DNA of 64,000 nt from Felis catus. Taxonomy: Eukaryota. The notes below the pieces were generated by a model, which did not search any database, had not been told where the DNA came from, and saw nothing but the letters and a program-made list of their open reading frames with translations. Below, piece by piece: positions 25,031 through 38,922 of this stretch. How positions within the stretch are numbered: position 1 is the stretch's first letter; every line of letters begins with the position of its first letter. The stretch covers positions 22,384,001 through 22,448,000 of the forward strand of contig NC_058383.1 of assembly GCF_018350175.1 (NCBI RefSeq), written 5' to 3'. The position numbers were made by a program, and so were the translations under genes.

Positions 25031-26981
25031 TAAATATAGGCCATTTCTTGTATCTGCAATGCTTCATTCAGGTAAGGTATCTGCCCGCTTCCTATAGGAA
25101 TCTGTGTTTGTAAATCCTGATCTGCACCATGAGATGTGAAGGTTCATCTCTAATCAGTGATAGGCAGAATCCAGCTGAAGAGTTACATGGGATTTCAGAA
25201 TTCAGTACATGAACAGGCTGGGAAACTGAGGACAAGTTCAAGAACTTTTAGTTTGTGTACAACAAAATTCTATGATGCCAATTTTAATGTCTGTCTGTTC
25301 TGACATAGAAAGCTAGACGTTGTTGGTGAAATCAGAAAGTTGTGGAACTGAACGTTTAGCCTAATACTATTTTAGTAAATACACAAGGATGTGGGTGTAG
25401 GTGTGTATTTGTTATAAACATGAAAGAGTTTTCCCATCCAACCCTGAAATTCAGAGATTCTGTGAAATTTCTACATTCACTGACAGCCAAATACAAGACC
25501 AGGAAATGACCAAGTGATTTATAGAGGAAAAAGGCAAGAATCTGGTGGAATCAGAAGTAAGTGTGCTGGGGAGTATTTAAAAAATAACAATTTTTGGTGA
25601 GGCTGCGTGGGAGCATATGTGTGAGAGCCTCAGAAAACCGGAAGAGGAGAGCCTTGAAGCAGACATACTACGGTAACTGCCTCTAGCTGACATCTTTTGG
25701 GGTCTCCGCCCATCCCTGGCGGCCTTCTTGGAAACCTGTAGGGTGGGACTCCAGCCCATGTCCCCAACCCCTGGCCACAGTGTGATGGCCCAGGGGTGGG
25801 CACCTGACCCAAGGAGGGTCCCAGAAACTTGGAATTATACCTAAGAGATGCTACGTGTCGCAGTTGGGAAACGGTGTGAATATGGCCACAAAGAGCATGG
25901 CTGATGTGGTGCAAACACAGGCCAAGGAAGGAGAACAAGGCAGACGTGCAGAAACGAAAAAACCAATGGGCCAGAGACAGAGAGAGACTGAAAGAGCACA
26001 GCTGCCTGTGTTCCTGACAGTCTTCCAGTTCTTCCGTCCAGCTGCTCACAAAGGCCGGCTGGACCTCCTGCCCTTTGATCCCATTCAAGACCTTCCAGTA
26101 ACGACCGTCACAGCAGCAGTGGTTCAGGACTCACAGATGCTTGCCATCAGCTTGGCAGTAAGTGCTTTCCGTATAAAGGACCATTGAATTTTCCTGAAAA
26201 CCCGAAAAGGCAGCTACTATTTCCCCTCCTCCTTTTTTTTGCAGGGGAAGAAACTGGGGCTCAGAGACTTTCAGTAACTTCCCAAAGGTTGCCCAGCTAG
26301 GAAGTGGCTGAGCAGGAACCTGAATCCAACAGAGCTGCTCCAGAGCCTTGCATCAGACCATTAAATATCCTGCCTCTTGGCCTAAGTGTGCTTGAGTGAA
26401 TTTCCATCACTCGTGACCCAGAAAGCCCTGCCTGAGACACACGGGGCCCACATGGACTTGGGGGAAAGCAGCCACCTGGGAGGTGCCGTCCCGGGAGCCC
26501 TGCCAGATCTTCCTGCAAAGTTGGCTGGCAAAGGGCTATTTCCTGCGCGCGAGGTGGCTGCTGGCACCAGGGCCTCTGGGCACAAGAAGAGCCCTGGGGA
26601 AGCCATTCGGGTGCTGATATTGTATCCCCCACTTGACAAACACGTGTTGAGCACCTACTAGGCACCAGCGACCACTCTAGGCACTGAAAAAATAGCAGAG
26701 ACAGGCAAGGCAAGGGCTCTATTCCCCTAAAGCTTACTTTCCACAGGGAGGAGACATGCTCATCATTTTAAATGGTCAGAGATGTCATGGAAGAAACAAA
26801 AGGTGATGTGATAAGAGAGTGTGAAGAGGGACACCTTGCAAAGGACAGTTGGAGAAGGCTTCTCAGAGGCAGTGGTGTCTGAGCTGAAATGGAAACAGTG
26901 AGAAGCCATGATCCTGGGGAAAAAGTCCACAAGAGGGACTGAGGCAGGAACAAGCTTGGCAGACTCAAAGAACAGAAATAA

Positions 26982-27220
26982 GGGGCACCTGGTGGCTCAG
27001 CCGGTTAAGCACCCCGACTCTTGATCTTGGCTCAGGCCATGATCTCACGGTTCGTGGGATCCAGCCCCATGTCGGGCTCTACGCTGACACTACAAAGCCT
27101 GCTTGGGATTCAATCTCTCTCCCTCTCTCTCTCTCTCTCCCTCCCTCTCTCCCTGCCTCTCCCTGCTCGTGCACATGTCTCTCTCAAAATAAATAAATAA
27201 ACATTAAAAAAAAAAAAAAA
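26982..27220 (+). mobile_element. Can-SINE inserted in an L2 fragment
   Basis: Full structure. Confidence 0.9.
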
Positions 27221-27344
27221 GGACAGAAAGGAGGCACAGTGGTCGGAGCACACTTTCACTCCACATATCTATTCAGGTCCCTTGGTATGCCGGGCACGTG
27301 GAGAGAAAGGCACCCGTGCCTCAGTCCCCTGGTGCATGCAACTC

Positions 27345-27810
27345 AGAGGCTGGCAAAGGAGTGAGAGTGCAAAAATGGCCAGTTTTTCATTCCTCCCTGT
27401 ATCCACACCCTTTGCAACATGACTCGGCAGCTCTGGTCCTCAAGAGACAGTGCCTGCTCCCCACTTCTTGAGTCCGGGATGGCCACTGACTTCTTCTTGG
27501 CCAGGACAATGCAGCAGAGGTGGCTGAGGGCCAATTCTGTAGCAGCTCTCCAGAGTCCATGCAGGGCTGTGTTCTTGGAACCTTGGAATCTCACCCCACC
27601 GCCACGCCAACAAGCCCGAGTAGCCGGCTGGGAGAGGAGACACACAAGGCCCAGGCCCCCCACCGCTCCAACTAACACACACCCAAGAGGTGCACAGGGG
27701 AGTGAAGCCAGCCCAGGCCGGACAGGCCCCAGGTAACCTGCCAGTCATCCTCAAACACACCAGGAAGCCAGCCAAGATCAGCAGAGCTGCCCAGCTGACC
27801 TGTACACTCT
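27345..27810 (+). mobile_element. MLT1-type MaLR LTR
   Basis: AAAATGGCC...CCTCCCTGTATCCACACCCTTTGCAACATGACT...AGCAGAGCTGCCCAGCTGACC. Confidence 0.7.
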
Positions 27811-28667
27811 CCAGCGGTCTGGGGTTGGGGGGCGCGGTGGGGGGGCGGGGTCTGTAATACAGAAGCCGCTAACTCATACATCAGGGTGGATGCCCAGGCA
27901 GAGAGAAGCACAGGCGCCTGTGAGGAAAGTGGGAATCAGCCCATGAGAGCCTGCTTTGTGGCCGTGCTTGGTACCCCTTCCCCCCAGAGGCAGCAACGGC
28001 TCCCACAGGCCACACACAAGAGAAACACCTCAAGGCGTCATTGGAAGGTTCCAAGTGAACTAGAACAAACCTCTGGTTCAGCCCGACGGTCTCGACTCAC
28101 TCACCTGGCTTTGTGTCCTAACCTGCCTCTTCCTAGCTGGGAAAAGTTGCTTCACCTCCCCGGTCTCTGTTTGCACACCTAATGATGGAGTAAATAGTAA
28201 CGCACAGAGCAGAGCATGTGCCACACAGCACGCGCTGTAGAAGTGTTTACAGTTGTTGTATAAAAACAGAAAGGAGGGAAACTCCCCACATGAGGCACAT
28301 ATCACTTGCTGGTGGTTTTTAAAAGGATTTCAGGTAGGAACACAGACATGCTTTCAATCACCCTAAACCACAATAGGTGAAAACTGTTTCCTTTTCAATT
28401 CTTTTTCAATCCTCCCAATTATATCAAACAAGAGCGTTTGAGGCTGGTGCTTGCATGTTGTGAACCCCACTCTAATAGCTGCTAAACTCTTGGAACGAAG
28501 AGGGAGGAAGTTCCAAACTCAGATCCTCGTCAGCAAAGAGTACCTACAATTATGTAATATTCATAATAGAGTTCTTCATATATACAGTCACTAATTATTT
28601 GTGGTGATGTTGTTTTTCCATTCAGATAGTGATAAAGTTTCCTTTTTTTTTTTTAAGGTATCTTATT

Positions 28668-28832
28668 GGGGTGCCTAGGTGGCTCAGTTGGCTAAGAGTC
28701 TAAGTCTTGATTTCGGCTCAGGTCATGATCTCACAGTTCATGGGTTTGAGCCCCACATTGAGCTCTGCACTGATGGCATGGAGCCTGCTTGGCATTCTCT
28801 CTCTCCCTCTCTCTCTCTCTGCCCCTCCCCCA

Positions 28833-28881
<49 letters not shown>

Positions 28882-29122
28882 TCTCTGCCCCTCTCCCACT
28901 CTCTCTCCTATTCTCAAGATAAATGAATTAACTTTATTTAAAAAAATAAAAATTGGGCACCTGGGGCACCTGGGTGGCTCAGTGGTTAAGCATCCAACTT
29001 TGGCTCAGGTCATGATCTCACAGCTCATGAGTTTGAGCCCCACGTTGGGCTCTGTGCTGACAGCTCAGAGCCTGGAGCCTGCTTCCGATTCTGTGTCTCC
29101 CTCTCTCTCTGCCCCTCCCCCA

Positions 29123-29176
<54 letters not shown>

Positions 29177-29235
29177 CACTCTCTCTCTCCCTCTCTCTCA
29201 AAAATAAATAAAATACTAAACAATTTTTTTAAAAA
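28668..29235 (+). mobile_element. Two tandem Can-SINEs (28668-28952, 28955-29235)
   Basis: The second begins in the A-tail of the first, with a duplicated head GGGCACCTGG. Confidence 0.9.
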
Positions 29236-30919
29236 AGCTTCTGCTTAGATGCAACATACATCATGTCTGTTCACATTCCACTGGCCAGTGTGCCTCACAC
29301 GGCTAAGCTCTGCACCAATGGAATAGGAAAGTACATCTATCCTGTAAGCAGACCCTGTAAGTCACGTAGCAACGAGCAGGGATGTACCTCCCCTTACAAG
29401 GAGAAAGCAAATAACTGACTTAGTAATATAATCCACCACAGTGACCTTGAGCAGTAACCTCACTTCTATTTCTCCATCTGTGAAATGAGAATACCTACTT
29501 CAGAGTCAAAATCGATAAATATGAGTTCCTTTCCCCTTTCCCATCTTCTGAGATTCATCCAGGGCAGCTCAATGCAAATTTAGAAAGACCTTGGTAGACC
29601 AGCTGTATTCCAGCATCTGGTCCAAGACTTGCAATCAGCTGTAAACAAACCCCCAAGAATGTGGTACTAGACGGGGTGCACTCCCCCCGCAGAAGCCAGC
29701 CACGGTCCTTTCTATGTCCCTCATGTCACCAGTTTGTAAAAGTCATATTGGACAAACACCAGTTCTGGAACCAAAGAGAAAACAGGGGAAATGGGTCCAT
29801 TAACTGACAGCGTAACATTAGGGTAGTCGTAAGCGCACACATTTTGGAATTTCAACGGTGGCTCTGCCACGTGACCTTGAACGAGTAGAAAAACCAGACC
29901 TCAGGTTATCTGTAGTAAAATAGGCACGATGAGCTATTAAGTCATAGGGTACTATGAAAATTAAGTGAGGTAATCCCTATGCATAGCTTTTTATGGTGCC
30001 TGGCCCAAATAAATGCTCAATAAATAGTAAGTCTTATTAATGCTGGTACAGGTCCCAGAGTACAGACATTCAAGTATTTCACATCGATGTTTGCCATCCA
30101 ACATAAGAAAGTGCTTGCTTATACCAGCTGTAAAAGTCTGAGCTCAGTTTTGTTTCCCATTCTATAATATGGGACAGTGCACTGTTCCCTGTGAATCCCA
30201 TAGCGATGCCGTGACCGTGCCTCTGACTATAAAGGATTTTCAATTCTTTTTGAAGGATATCAACAAATGAAACATACAGAGGTCATTTCTGAAGGTGACA
30301 AATGGCACAGAGCATGGCAAAATCAGTTCCCCCAGCCTTCTGTTCACAGGGCATATCAACCAAAGGCTGCTATGTATGTATATATACACACGAGGAGACC
30401 ACAGAAACAGACCCCCCCCCCAGGAGAAGATCTCCATTTCCCATTCTTGGGGGCTGGATCCCTTGTTTTCTGTGTGGTGGATGTTTTTAGCAACGAAGCT
30501 TGTTCATCTCCCAGCCGGAGGACCTGTCACCAATTACTTGGAAAAGAAATGAATAATTAAACAGACTTCTCTCCTGAGATACCAAATGGAATGTCTGGGT
30601 ACCAGTGAAAGGTTACAGAAAATTGTCTCCCGGTGCCTCACAGCAGTTTGGTCTCTTCCTAAGTCTGCTTAAGCTTTCCAAGTTTACCTCTGACTGCACC
30701 AGTCGTGACCCTGAGTTAGTCACATAATCTCTCTGAGCCTTAGTTTTCTTATCTTTAAAGTGGGACTGATGGATTACTTAGAAGTGGTTATTCGGGCTTC
30801 AAGAGCTAACAGTATAGATGAGTCTATCATTCCCGATGCTAGAGTGACACAGGACTCAAGACTTGATGGAAACAGACCAGAACAAACACAAACAACTTGG
30901 GAAGGACTGGTGTCCAGGA

Positions 30920-32420
30920 GATTGAGGTAAAAATTCTTACAAATTGATGGGGTTTTGGGGTGCTGGTGGGGTTCAGAGCTGATGGCCAAGAAAAAATTCT
31001 TGTAGACGTCTTTGGTGCAAAAAGGCGATTTCATTAAACCACGGGGACAGGACCCGTGGGCAGGAAGAGCTGCACTGGGGTCCTGACCGTTAACTGATTT
31101 TATACCCTCAGGTTGGGAGGGGGTCAGGGATAGAGCAAGTCTAAGGAATTTTGGAAGCAAGGTTTCCAGGACCTTGAGGGGCTAGGCTGTTGCCAGGGAA
31201 ACACCATTTATTACTGTTTAGTAAAACCTCAGTCATGAGACCCTTCAGATGTATATCAGGGGGCCATAAACTTGGGAGTATGATTGCCAGCATATATCAT
31301 GGGGGAGATAAAGGAAGTTTCCAAAGGAATTTTTATATGTTAAAGTAGACTTACCGGATCCTGTAGGGTCAGGATAATATTAAGCCAAGATTCCCTTTTG
31401 TCCCTAGCAAAGTGTCATCATTGAGGCAGCTGAGCTCCTAGAGAGAGGTCACTCTGCCTGTTTCAAGGACTTGTCAAGGGAATTTAATTTTTCATTTGCC
31501 CTTAGTTTCCCACATTACCATGGCAAGCACGTAAACCCATTTCCTTTGTCCTTGGGGAGCCAGGAATGCAGAGGAATACCACACACATCCCACCTGGGGG
31601 AAGGGGGTGCTGTTAGCCTGTACTTTGCCCTCAGCTTGCCCCACACTCCCTCATCACAAATCAATAACAAAATATAAAAAAAGGGGGGGACATTCACTGA
31701 ACATGAAATATAACTGTCCAGTAAATATGTAAAAAGATGCTCAACCTCACTAGTGATCAAGACAATGCCTTGATAAAATTAAAATGCTATTTTTCTCCCA
31801 TCAGATTGGCGGAAAATGTTACAGCTTGACATATCATGATGTGGGCAGGAGGCAGTGAAAAGGAAACACACGTTGCCAGCGGGGGCATACACAGGCCCAG
31901 CCACTTGGAACACCTGGTGATATCCATTAAAATCTGAATTGTGTGCGCCCCATGGCCAAGCCATTCTACTTCTCAGTAACTAGAAAAATATTTGCATGTG
32001 TATCAGACATGCATAATTAGGATGCTTAATGGAGTAGGGTTTGTAATAGATGCCACCTCTAAAAAAAAAAATAAAAAAAAAGAATCTCAGTGTTCATCCA
32101 CAGGGGAGTGGCCGCAAAAAGGGGAGAAATTTGATAACACGAAATACTACAGAGTAGTTAAAAACGGTGACAAGAGATTGCTCTTCAAGACACCGTGAAG
32201 TGAAAAGCCCACTTGTGGGATGATGCCTGCTATGCGACACCATTTAGCAAAACACACACACACACCAACTCTGCCATATAATCTGGATGGTTACAAATCT
32301 GAACACAGAAAAGATTCTAAAAGCAGACGCCAATGGTGAGCTCTGGCGAAAGGAGAGAAGACCGCGGATGAGATGTCAAAAGGGCCAACTTCATCTTATT
32401 TGTGATATTTAATTTACCTT
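30920..32420 (+). mobile_element. Old L1M fragment (ORF2 3' end/3' UTR), split by the solo LTR
   Basis: Rejoined flanks read TTCTTACAAATCAATAACAAAA...AAAAGATGCTCAACCTCACTAGTGATCA..., typical of L1. Confidence 0.7.
30945..31656 (-). mobile_element. Endogenous retrovirus solo LTR (712 bp)
   Basis: Inverted termini TGATG...CATCA. 5-bp TSD CAAAT at 30940-30944 and 31657-31661. Minus-strand TATAAAA at 31098-31104 and poly(A)-like AATGAA at 31030-31035. It interrupts an old L1. Confidence 0.88.
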
Positions 32421-32456
32421 GATGAGTAAAATTAGGCATTTCTTATGAACCTAACT

Positions 32457-32565
32457 TTTTCAACGTTTTTTTTCTTAAGCAAATTCTACACCGCACATGG
32501 GGCTTGAACTCACGATCCCAAGATCAAGAGCCACGTGCTCCACCCACTGAGCCAGCAAGGAGCCG
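32457..32565 (-). mobile_element. Can-SINE, short old type
   Basis: TSD approximately TCTTATGAACYTAA. Confidence 0.8.
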
Positions 32566-33895
32566 CATCTTATGAACTTAATTTTTTTTAACACAGGAGG
32601 ACAACCTCACTGCATCATCCGCAGTGGTCACAAAATCTAGTGGACTCCAGAATCAACAGAAGCTATGCTTATGGGGATAAACACGGCCATAATTATTACC
32701 ACACGACTGCAGCTTCTGTCTCCCCGATGTTTTCTCTTTACTGGAAGAAACAAGGAGCCGTGGCACATCTGGCTTTTTGCTCTTCTAAGAGCTGGAGACC
32801 TACGAGCTTAATCTCTTCCCAGGGGCGATAATTAACATTTTTAATGCAGGCACTTTACAATCAATAGAGTTAACAACTGCTGCTCTTATCTACTTACACT
32901 TAGGTGAGAAAAAGAGGGGAAATGATGCTTTAAGGCTGGGAGAGCAGAAAGAATAGAAATTCAACAGGAATCCACAGAGACCAGGGGTAATTTGGCCAGG
33001 TGGGGGTTCTGAACTCAGGAACAGGAACTTGGAAGCTTGGAGTACAAAGTCTCGAAGGCAGATTCTTTGGCCTGCCCTCCACAGCCCTTCATATTCTGGG
33101 CTCAAGTCTAACCCTTCCAGAACTTTTATTCCACTCCATTTCGGCCAAAGGGCAGAGTCTGTGCCGGGTGGAAAGGGTAGGACCTGTCACAATGGAGGGG
33201 CAACCTACTGCAACCCAGAGGCACCAGATGAAACACAGTGACCACCCTAAGAGCCCATTCTGGTCCATCTACTGTTTCTTGCATTAAGAGACCTCAGCAG
33301 TGTTAATCATAAGAAATATCCAATCTTCCATGTAGGGGTGGAGGAAGGGGAAGAATGCTTGACTTTGTTTCCCATTTAATCACATACATACACCACCACC
33401 ACCACACCCGAAAAATAGGTTTCGGCTTTTTAAAAAAAATCTATTAAGTTTTTCTCTTCCCCAGCACATATCACTATCCATAATGGTCTCTTCTTTCTTT
33501 GTTTACACATTTGTCTGCCTCCAACTAGAATGTAAATTACATGAGGACGTTCTCTGTTTTGTTCACTCTACTGCATCCCTGGTATCTGGCATACAGTAGG
33601 TGCTCAATAAGTATTTTTAATCTGGAAGGTGGGGATACTTCCGGAAAATCAACAAGAAGCTTGACATCTAGTACCTGAAAGTGAACTAGGTCGCTGAGCA
33701 GAGGGTGGTTAGGAAAGAAAACTGAAAATGATTCTTTTGGAGGGAACCACTTCTGTTCCTGAAGAGGCAAAACATCCTAAGATTTTATGAGGATTCTTCT
33801 CTGTGGCTCTGTGGGTTGTTTAAACATTACAAACTTTATGCCAATGATGCTACAAAGGAGAAAGGGAGACCCTTATTACAAATGTTCAAACCCAA

Positions 33896-33923
33896 GGGAT
33901 GCCTGGGTGGCTCAGTTGGTTAA
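33896..33923 (+). mobile_element. Can-SINE head-only remnant
   Basis: GGGATGCCTGGGTGGCTCAGTTGGTTAA flanked by direct repeats ACAAATGTTCAAACC. Confidence 0.8.
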
Positions 33924-34529
33924 ACAAATGTTCAAACCTTGACCTCAGTTTAGCTAAGATTTTTACTCCATGTCCATAACGAGTGACAAAGCCAGTACAA
34001 AAATAAAGAGCAGTCACTTCCTCTTTTATGTTTAAAAAAGAGAGAAAGAGAAATGGGGTGGGGGGGAGGTGGATCTTACTGAACTCTGAACTTCCTTTCT
34101 CATAACCACAACTTACTACTGACTTACTTTGGTACAATGATTGCCGAATAAATAATAATCAGGCACCTCATTGGTGCTGATAAAGTTTTATCCAAAACTC
34201 TGCCTGGAACACTGCTTACTCATTCCACCCTTGAAAGGAGCCACACCAGGGATTCTGATTAGAAGACAAAACTGACCCAAGGCTACCATGAAACTCTGTG
34301 GCCGCTACAGCTCCACTCAAAGGACTGACATTTTTCACGCCAAAATGAAACTAAACCCAAACCGGCAGGCTATTCTCAGGCACAAATCCACAGCCAGATA
34401 TCCTGGAGGGAGCTTGCAGCCACCTGAGTTTGGGTCCAGGTCCTGCCATTTTCTTGCTCTGTGATGTTGGGGGAGTAGCTTAACTTCTCTGGGCATCAGT
34501 TTTCCCATGTTAGACAGAAAAAGGCTTTT

Positions 34530-35170
34530 GTTCCTGGTCCGGTCAAGCCAATTCCAACTGCACCCAACCTTCCTGTGAACGACAAATACAACTCTGGACA
34601 AAATTTTTAAAAGAGTCAACAAAAGAAGTCAGATTCTGGAGGACAAGGATGAAATTTGTAGAAGGGAAATGGCCTAGCTTTTACTAGGAGAGCATGCCAG
34701 TCAGCAGCAAGCAATAGCTAAAACTCCAACACCAAACCCTAAGTTTTTCTGCCTTGTGAAGCCAGAGGGCAGATTTCAGGCCAACCACAGCTACTGGAAA
34801 GTAGGAAGGGAATCTAAGAACAGAGAGCACCAAGAGAAGAGGACCCCAAATGTGTATAAATCTATCCAAGTGTCTGGCCGAGTCCTGAACCATGCATGTG
34901 TGGGACAACCTCAGAGAAGCCTCAAAGATAAAACAAATGGAATTGACATCTGAGCTGATGTCCAAGAGACAGTTATTGTCCAACCAAGACAACAGCTTAC
35001 TAGGACGAAAATATCAACATTCTTCAGACAAACACAACTCAATCCCGTGTCTACAACATTATTAACACGATGTCCAGGATACAATCTAGAATCACTCAAC
35101 AGACATAGGAGAAACCAGGACAATAGGACCAATCTCAAGAGAAAAATATAATCAAACCAAAAAACAAAGG
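34530..35170 (+). mobile_element. L1M 5' UTR/ORF1-start remnant
   Basis: GTCTACAACATTATT...ATGTCCAGGATACAATCTAGAATCACTCAAC...AAACCAGGA. Confidence 0.6.
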
Positions 35171-35803
35171 GAGGAATAATTGCTAGTCGGTTGGGGCAAT
35201 ACTCTGAAATTATATGAGAGGCAAGGCATTTGGCTGCAAGTAACAGAAAACCCATCTTGAAAAGGTTTAAGCGGTTAAGAGAATTTGCTAGCTAACAGAA
35301 CAAAGTTTCCAGGGAGGGGACTGTATCAGCGGTAGTTAATTCAGTGGTTCGATGACACCGTGCAGGACACAGATCATCTCCTCCTCCCTCCACCCTGCCA
35401 TTTATGGCTGGTCAGCCCTGTCTTTCATGGTCAAACAAAGTTACCACAGTTTCAAAGTATGACAAGAGGTAAAGACAAATCCTTTGTCCTGTGTCCCCTT
35501 CCTTCTGGCTGTTACATTGTCCTCTGAGCCTATGACTCTCGGGGCCCTACCACAGCCTTCTTGGGACCAAGAGGGGAGATCCTGATGACACTTTGAGGAT
35601 AGCAAAGAAATAATTGGGAGAATCCTGACTTTTTGATGACCCTGATAAGCCCCAATCAGGCTAACCCTAGAGCCACTTCCCTTCAGACAGTTTGTTAAGT
35701 GTTCTGTTATTAACAACCAAAGCATCCAGTCTGAGACAACCACCAGAATTGGGAAAGTAGGAACGAGGTTGCCTTCCTGGTTTTATTAAAAAGGGAGACT
35801 ACT

Positions 35804-35948
35804 GGGGTGCGTGGCTGGCTTAGTTAGTGGCGTGTGATACTCTTGATCTTGGGGTCGTGAGTTCAAGCCCCATGTTGGGTGTGGAGATTACTAAAAAAAA
35901 AAAAAAGATAAATAAACTTTTTAAAAAGTAAAAAACAAAAAAAATAAA
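35804..35948 (+). mobile_element. Can-SINE, short old type
   Basis: GGGTGTGGAGATTACTAAAA tail. Confidence 0.85.
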
Positions 35949-36529
35949 AGGAGATCAGCATGCTTTAGAAAGATGTTTAAGCATGATAGCCCCAAACTGA
36001 GACAATTTAGCAACCAGAAAAATTAAAAGAAAATTGAAGAGATTAAAAAAGAAGAAGTAATTCCATGTTGTTCAATGTCTTATACAATTAAACTCTTTTG
36101 AGTACCACCAGTAATATGCGTTAGATATTTTGAGAAAAATATAGCCCTGTATTAATATTAATAATTCTCAAATCTCTACCTCCATCCCTGACTTCTTAAT
36201 ATTCCCAGTGGCCTTTTGGATACCCAGACCTGAGTATACCACAGGTATCTCAAATTCAACTGTCTTTACCCACAGAATTCACGGTCCCTCCCCACAGGCC
36301 ATCTTCTCATCTTGAATTTACTACTGCTATTTATGATTCCTGCATTCATCAAATACCCCAACAAGAACTCGCTCAGCAGCTGACGATATTCATATGCTTT
36401 ACTTCTGTGCTATGTGCCAGGCAAAGTCCTGCTCTGCCCCACACAGGCATTGCCATATTTGATCCTCACAACTCTATGAGGAAGGCACCCCATCCTTATC
36501 ATCTACCCCTGTCTAAAAATGAGGGTGCA

Positions 36530-36696
36530 GGGGCACCTGGGTGGCTCAGCCAGTTAAGCGTCCAACTCTTGATCTCAGCAAGGCCATGATCTCACAGTTC
36601 GTGAAGTCGAGCCCCGGTTTGGGCTCTGTGCTGACAGTGCAGGGCCTGCTCAGGATTTTCTCTCTCTCCCTCTCTCTGCCCCTCCCCCACTTGTGA

Positions 36697-36744
<48 letters not shown>

Positions 36745-36788
36745 AAAATAAATAAATAAAACTTAATTTTTTTAAATAAATAAATAAA
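36530..36788 (+). mobile_element. Can-SINE
   Basis: TSD AAATGAGRGTGC. Confidence 0.9.
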
Positions 36789-38683
36789 TGAGAGTGCGAA
36801 GGACAAGACACTTGCATAGCATTTGAATCTAGATCTTTCTCTTTTCCCTGCTTCACAAAACAAATAGAAACCAACGGGCAAGAATTTCTCAACAGGCCTC
36901 TAAGCTTACTTAATTTCCAATCCATTTTCCCTTTTCTGTTCATTTTAACCCATGCTCCCCCTTCTCCCCTCCCCCCTCCCCAAAGATGTCCTCGGGGTCC
37001 CCTTCCCTTACTTAGACACTCTCTTGTCAGCACTTAAAGATGTTGGCCCACCACCCTGAAAGGTCACGCTCACTTCTAATCCCAGAAGTCTTCCTCTGCC
37101 ACCTCCAAATCTTCTCTTCCTGAAGCCTGACATTCCTGGTGCTTCGACTTCCTCCTAACACGTGTCCCTTCTCTCACACATCCTCTCTCACCTCGCAGAC
37201 TCACTTCCTCATTCCCTCACTGCCTCAACTTCCTCAAAACCCAGCCCGGAACTTGGGCCCCTTCTGCGCAGCCTGCCCAGGACCCTGGGAAGCGAGATGC
37301 CCCCAGTGTTCCCACCACCAGCACGATTACAACACGTACCATACTGTGCTACACATGTTCAATCTACGGGTCTTTCCAGGAGACTGGGGGCCGCCTGAGA
37401 GCAGAAACATGCCTGGTTTCCCTGTATTTCCCCACACAGAAGGGGCGGCCAAATATACCAGCTGGACCACACTGTGCTATTTCTTCTCTGCTACTCTCTG
37501 GGTGGATTTTGGAAAAGACACACAGGGATGGAAACCATGCCTTCCGTGCTCCCGCCGAAGGCTGATCAGGGCTCCTGGCAGGGTATGTGAACCGTGAGCT
37601 TCAGACTCAGCCAGCCTGGGATTGTCACCCTCTTCAAATACTTCTTAGCTTCAAGACCTGGGGCAAGTTACTTAAGGTCCCTGAGCCCTAGATTCTTCAG
37701 GGAGTTAAAATGAGACTTAGCTCCTAAGGTGCTTTAAAGGAGATCATGTGTGAGCATTCGGCTCAGCGCCTCAACAAATTAGAACAGGTCCCCAGGAAGC
37801 ATTATCATTCCATGAACACAGCTGCTGTTTGTGACCCTTCCTTCCAAGTGACCCAAGACTTTGACAGTTCTCAGCTCAGCAACAAAGATGCAAGGAAATC
37901 AGCTGACTGCGGTCATATGACCACCCCAAGCCCTCAGACCAGAAGTCACTTTCTGAATTCTTTATTTGGGGCTATGGCAAAAAAAAAAAAAAAAAAATCC
38001 TATGGCCAAAAACAAACAAACAAAAATCTACACATATGCAAACTCCCTCACTGGGAAAACAAAACAAAACAACAAAACAAAAACAAAACAAGCAAACAAC
38101 AACAACAAAAACCCACAACGATTAAAGCACACATTTCTCCCACTAGGAGTTTCCACATCCCATCATTTTGCCAATTTTCCCCCTGCTGCTGCCTCTGGAG
38201 ATGATCTTAGTCATGGTCACATACCCCAGAGCTGGCCTGACTGTTCTCACTCACCCTGCCCGGGACCTTCCCCACCACACAGCTCTCCCACCCTGAGCCC
38301 CTCACTGCGCAGGAGAACTCGGGTCTGACTCCAGTGGGTCTGAACTCAGTCTAGGCTCTGCAGTTCTTAGGAAAACTCTTTATCCTCACTCAGCCTGTTT
38401 CCCCCTCTGTGAACAGGAACAACAATCCTAGCAAGTCTTAGTGGAGGGTAAAGATTCACAGGGACACAGTCTGAGAAATGGCCAGCTCATCGCAAGCCCG
38501 CAGATACCAGCTGTCTTTCCTCCCTTCCCCATCACGCTCAACTCTACATTCCTTCTATACAACCCCGAACTGAAATCTATGTTTCAGTCCTGACTCTATG
38601 TAACTCTGGAAAAATCTTCTTAAAGGCACTATAACAGGAGCAACCTTATATGGCTCTGTAGGAATTAAATGAGTTAATGTACA

Positions 38684-38872
38684 GGGGCGCCTGGGTGGCT
38701 CAGTTAAGTGGCTGACCCCTGGTTCGGGCTCAGGTCATGATCTCAGGGTTTGTGGGTTTGAGCCCCGATGTCAGGCTCCACAGCAGGCAGCACAGAGCCT
38801 GCTTGGGATTCTCTCGCTCTCCCTCTCTCTCTCTCTGCCCCTCCCCCGCTTGTGCTCTCTCTCTTAAAATAA

Positions 38873-38921
<49 letters not shown>
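38684..38921 (+). mobile_element. Can-SINE inserted in a MIR; (TAAA)n tail
   Basis: TSD AGTTAATRTACA. Confidence 0.9.

Positions 38922-38922
<1 letters not shown>

Noticed and set aside
25570..26190. Possible processed pseudogene (overlapping ORFs)
   Set aside because: No recognisable parent protein, poly(A) tail or TSD; more likely an old LTR remnant.
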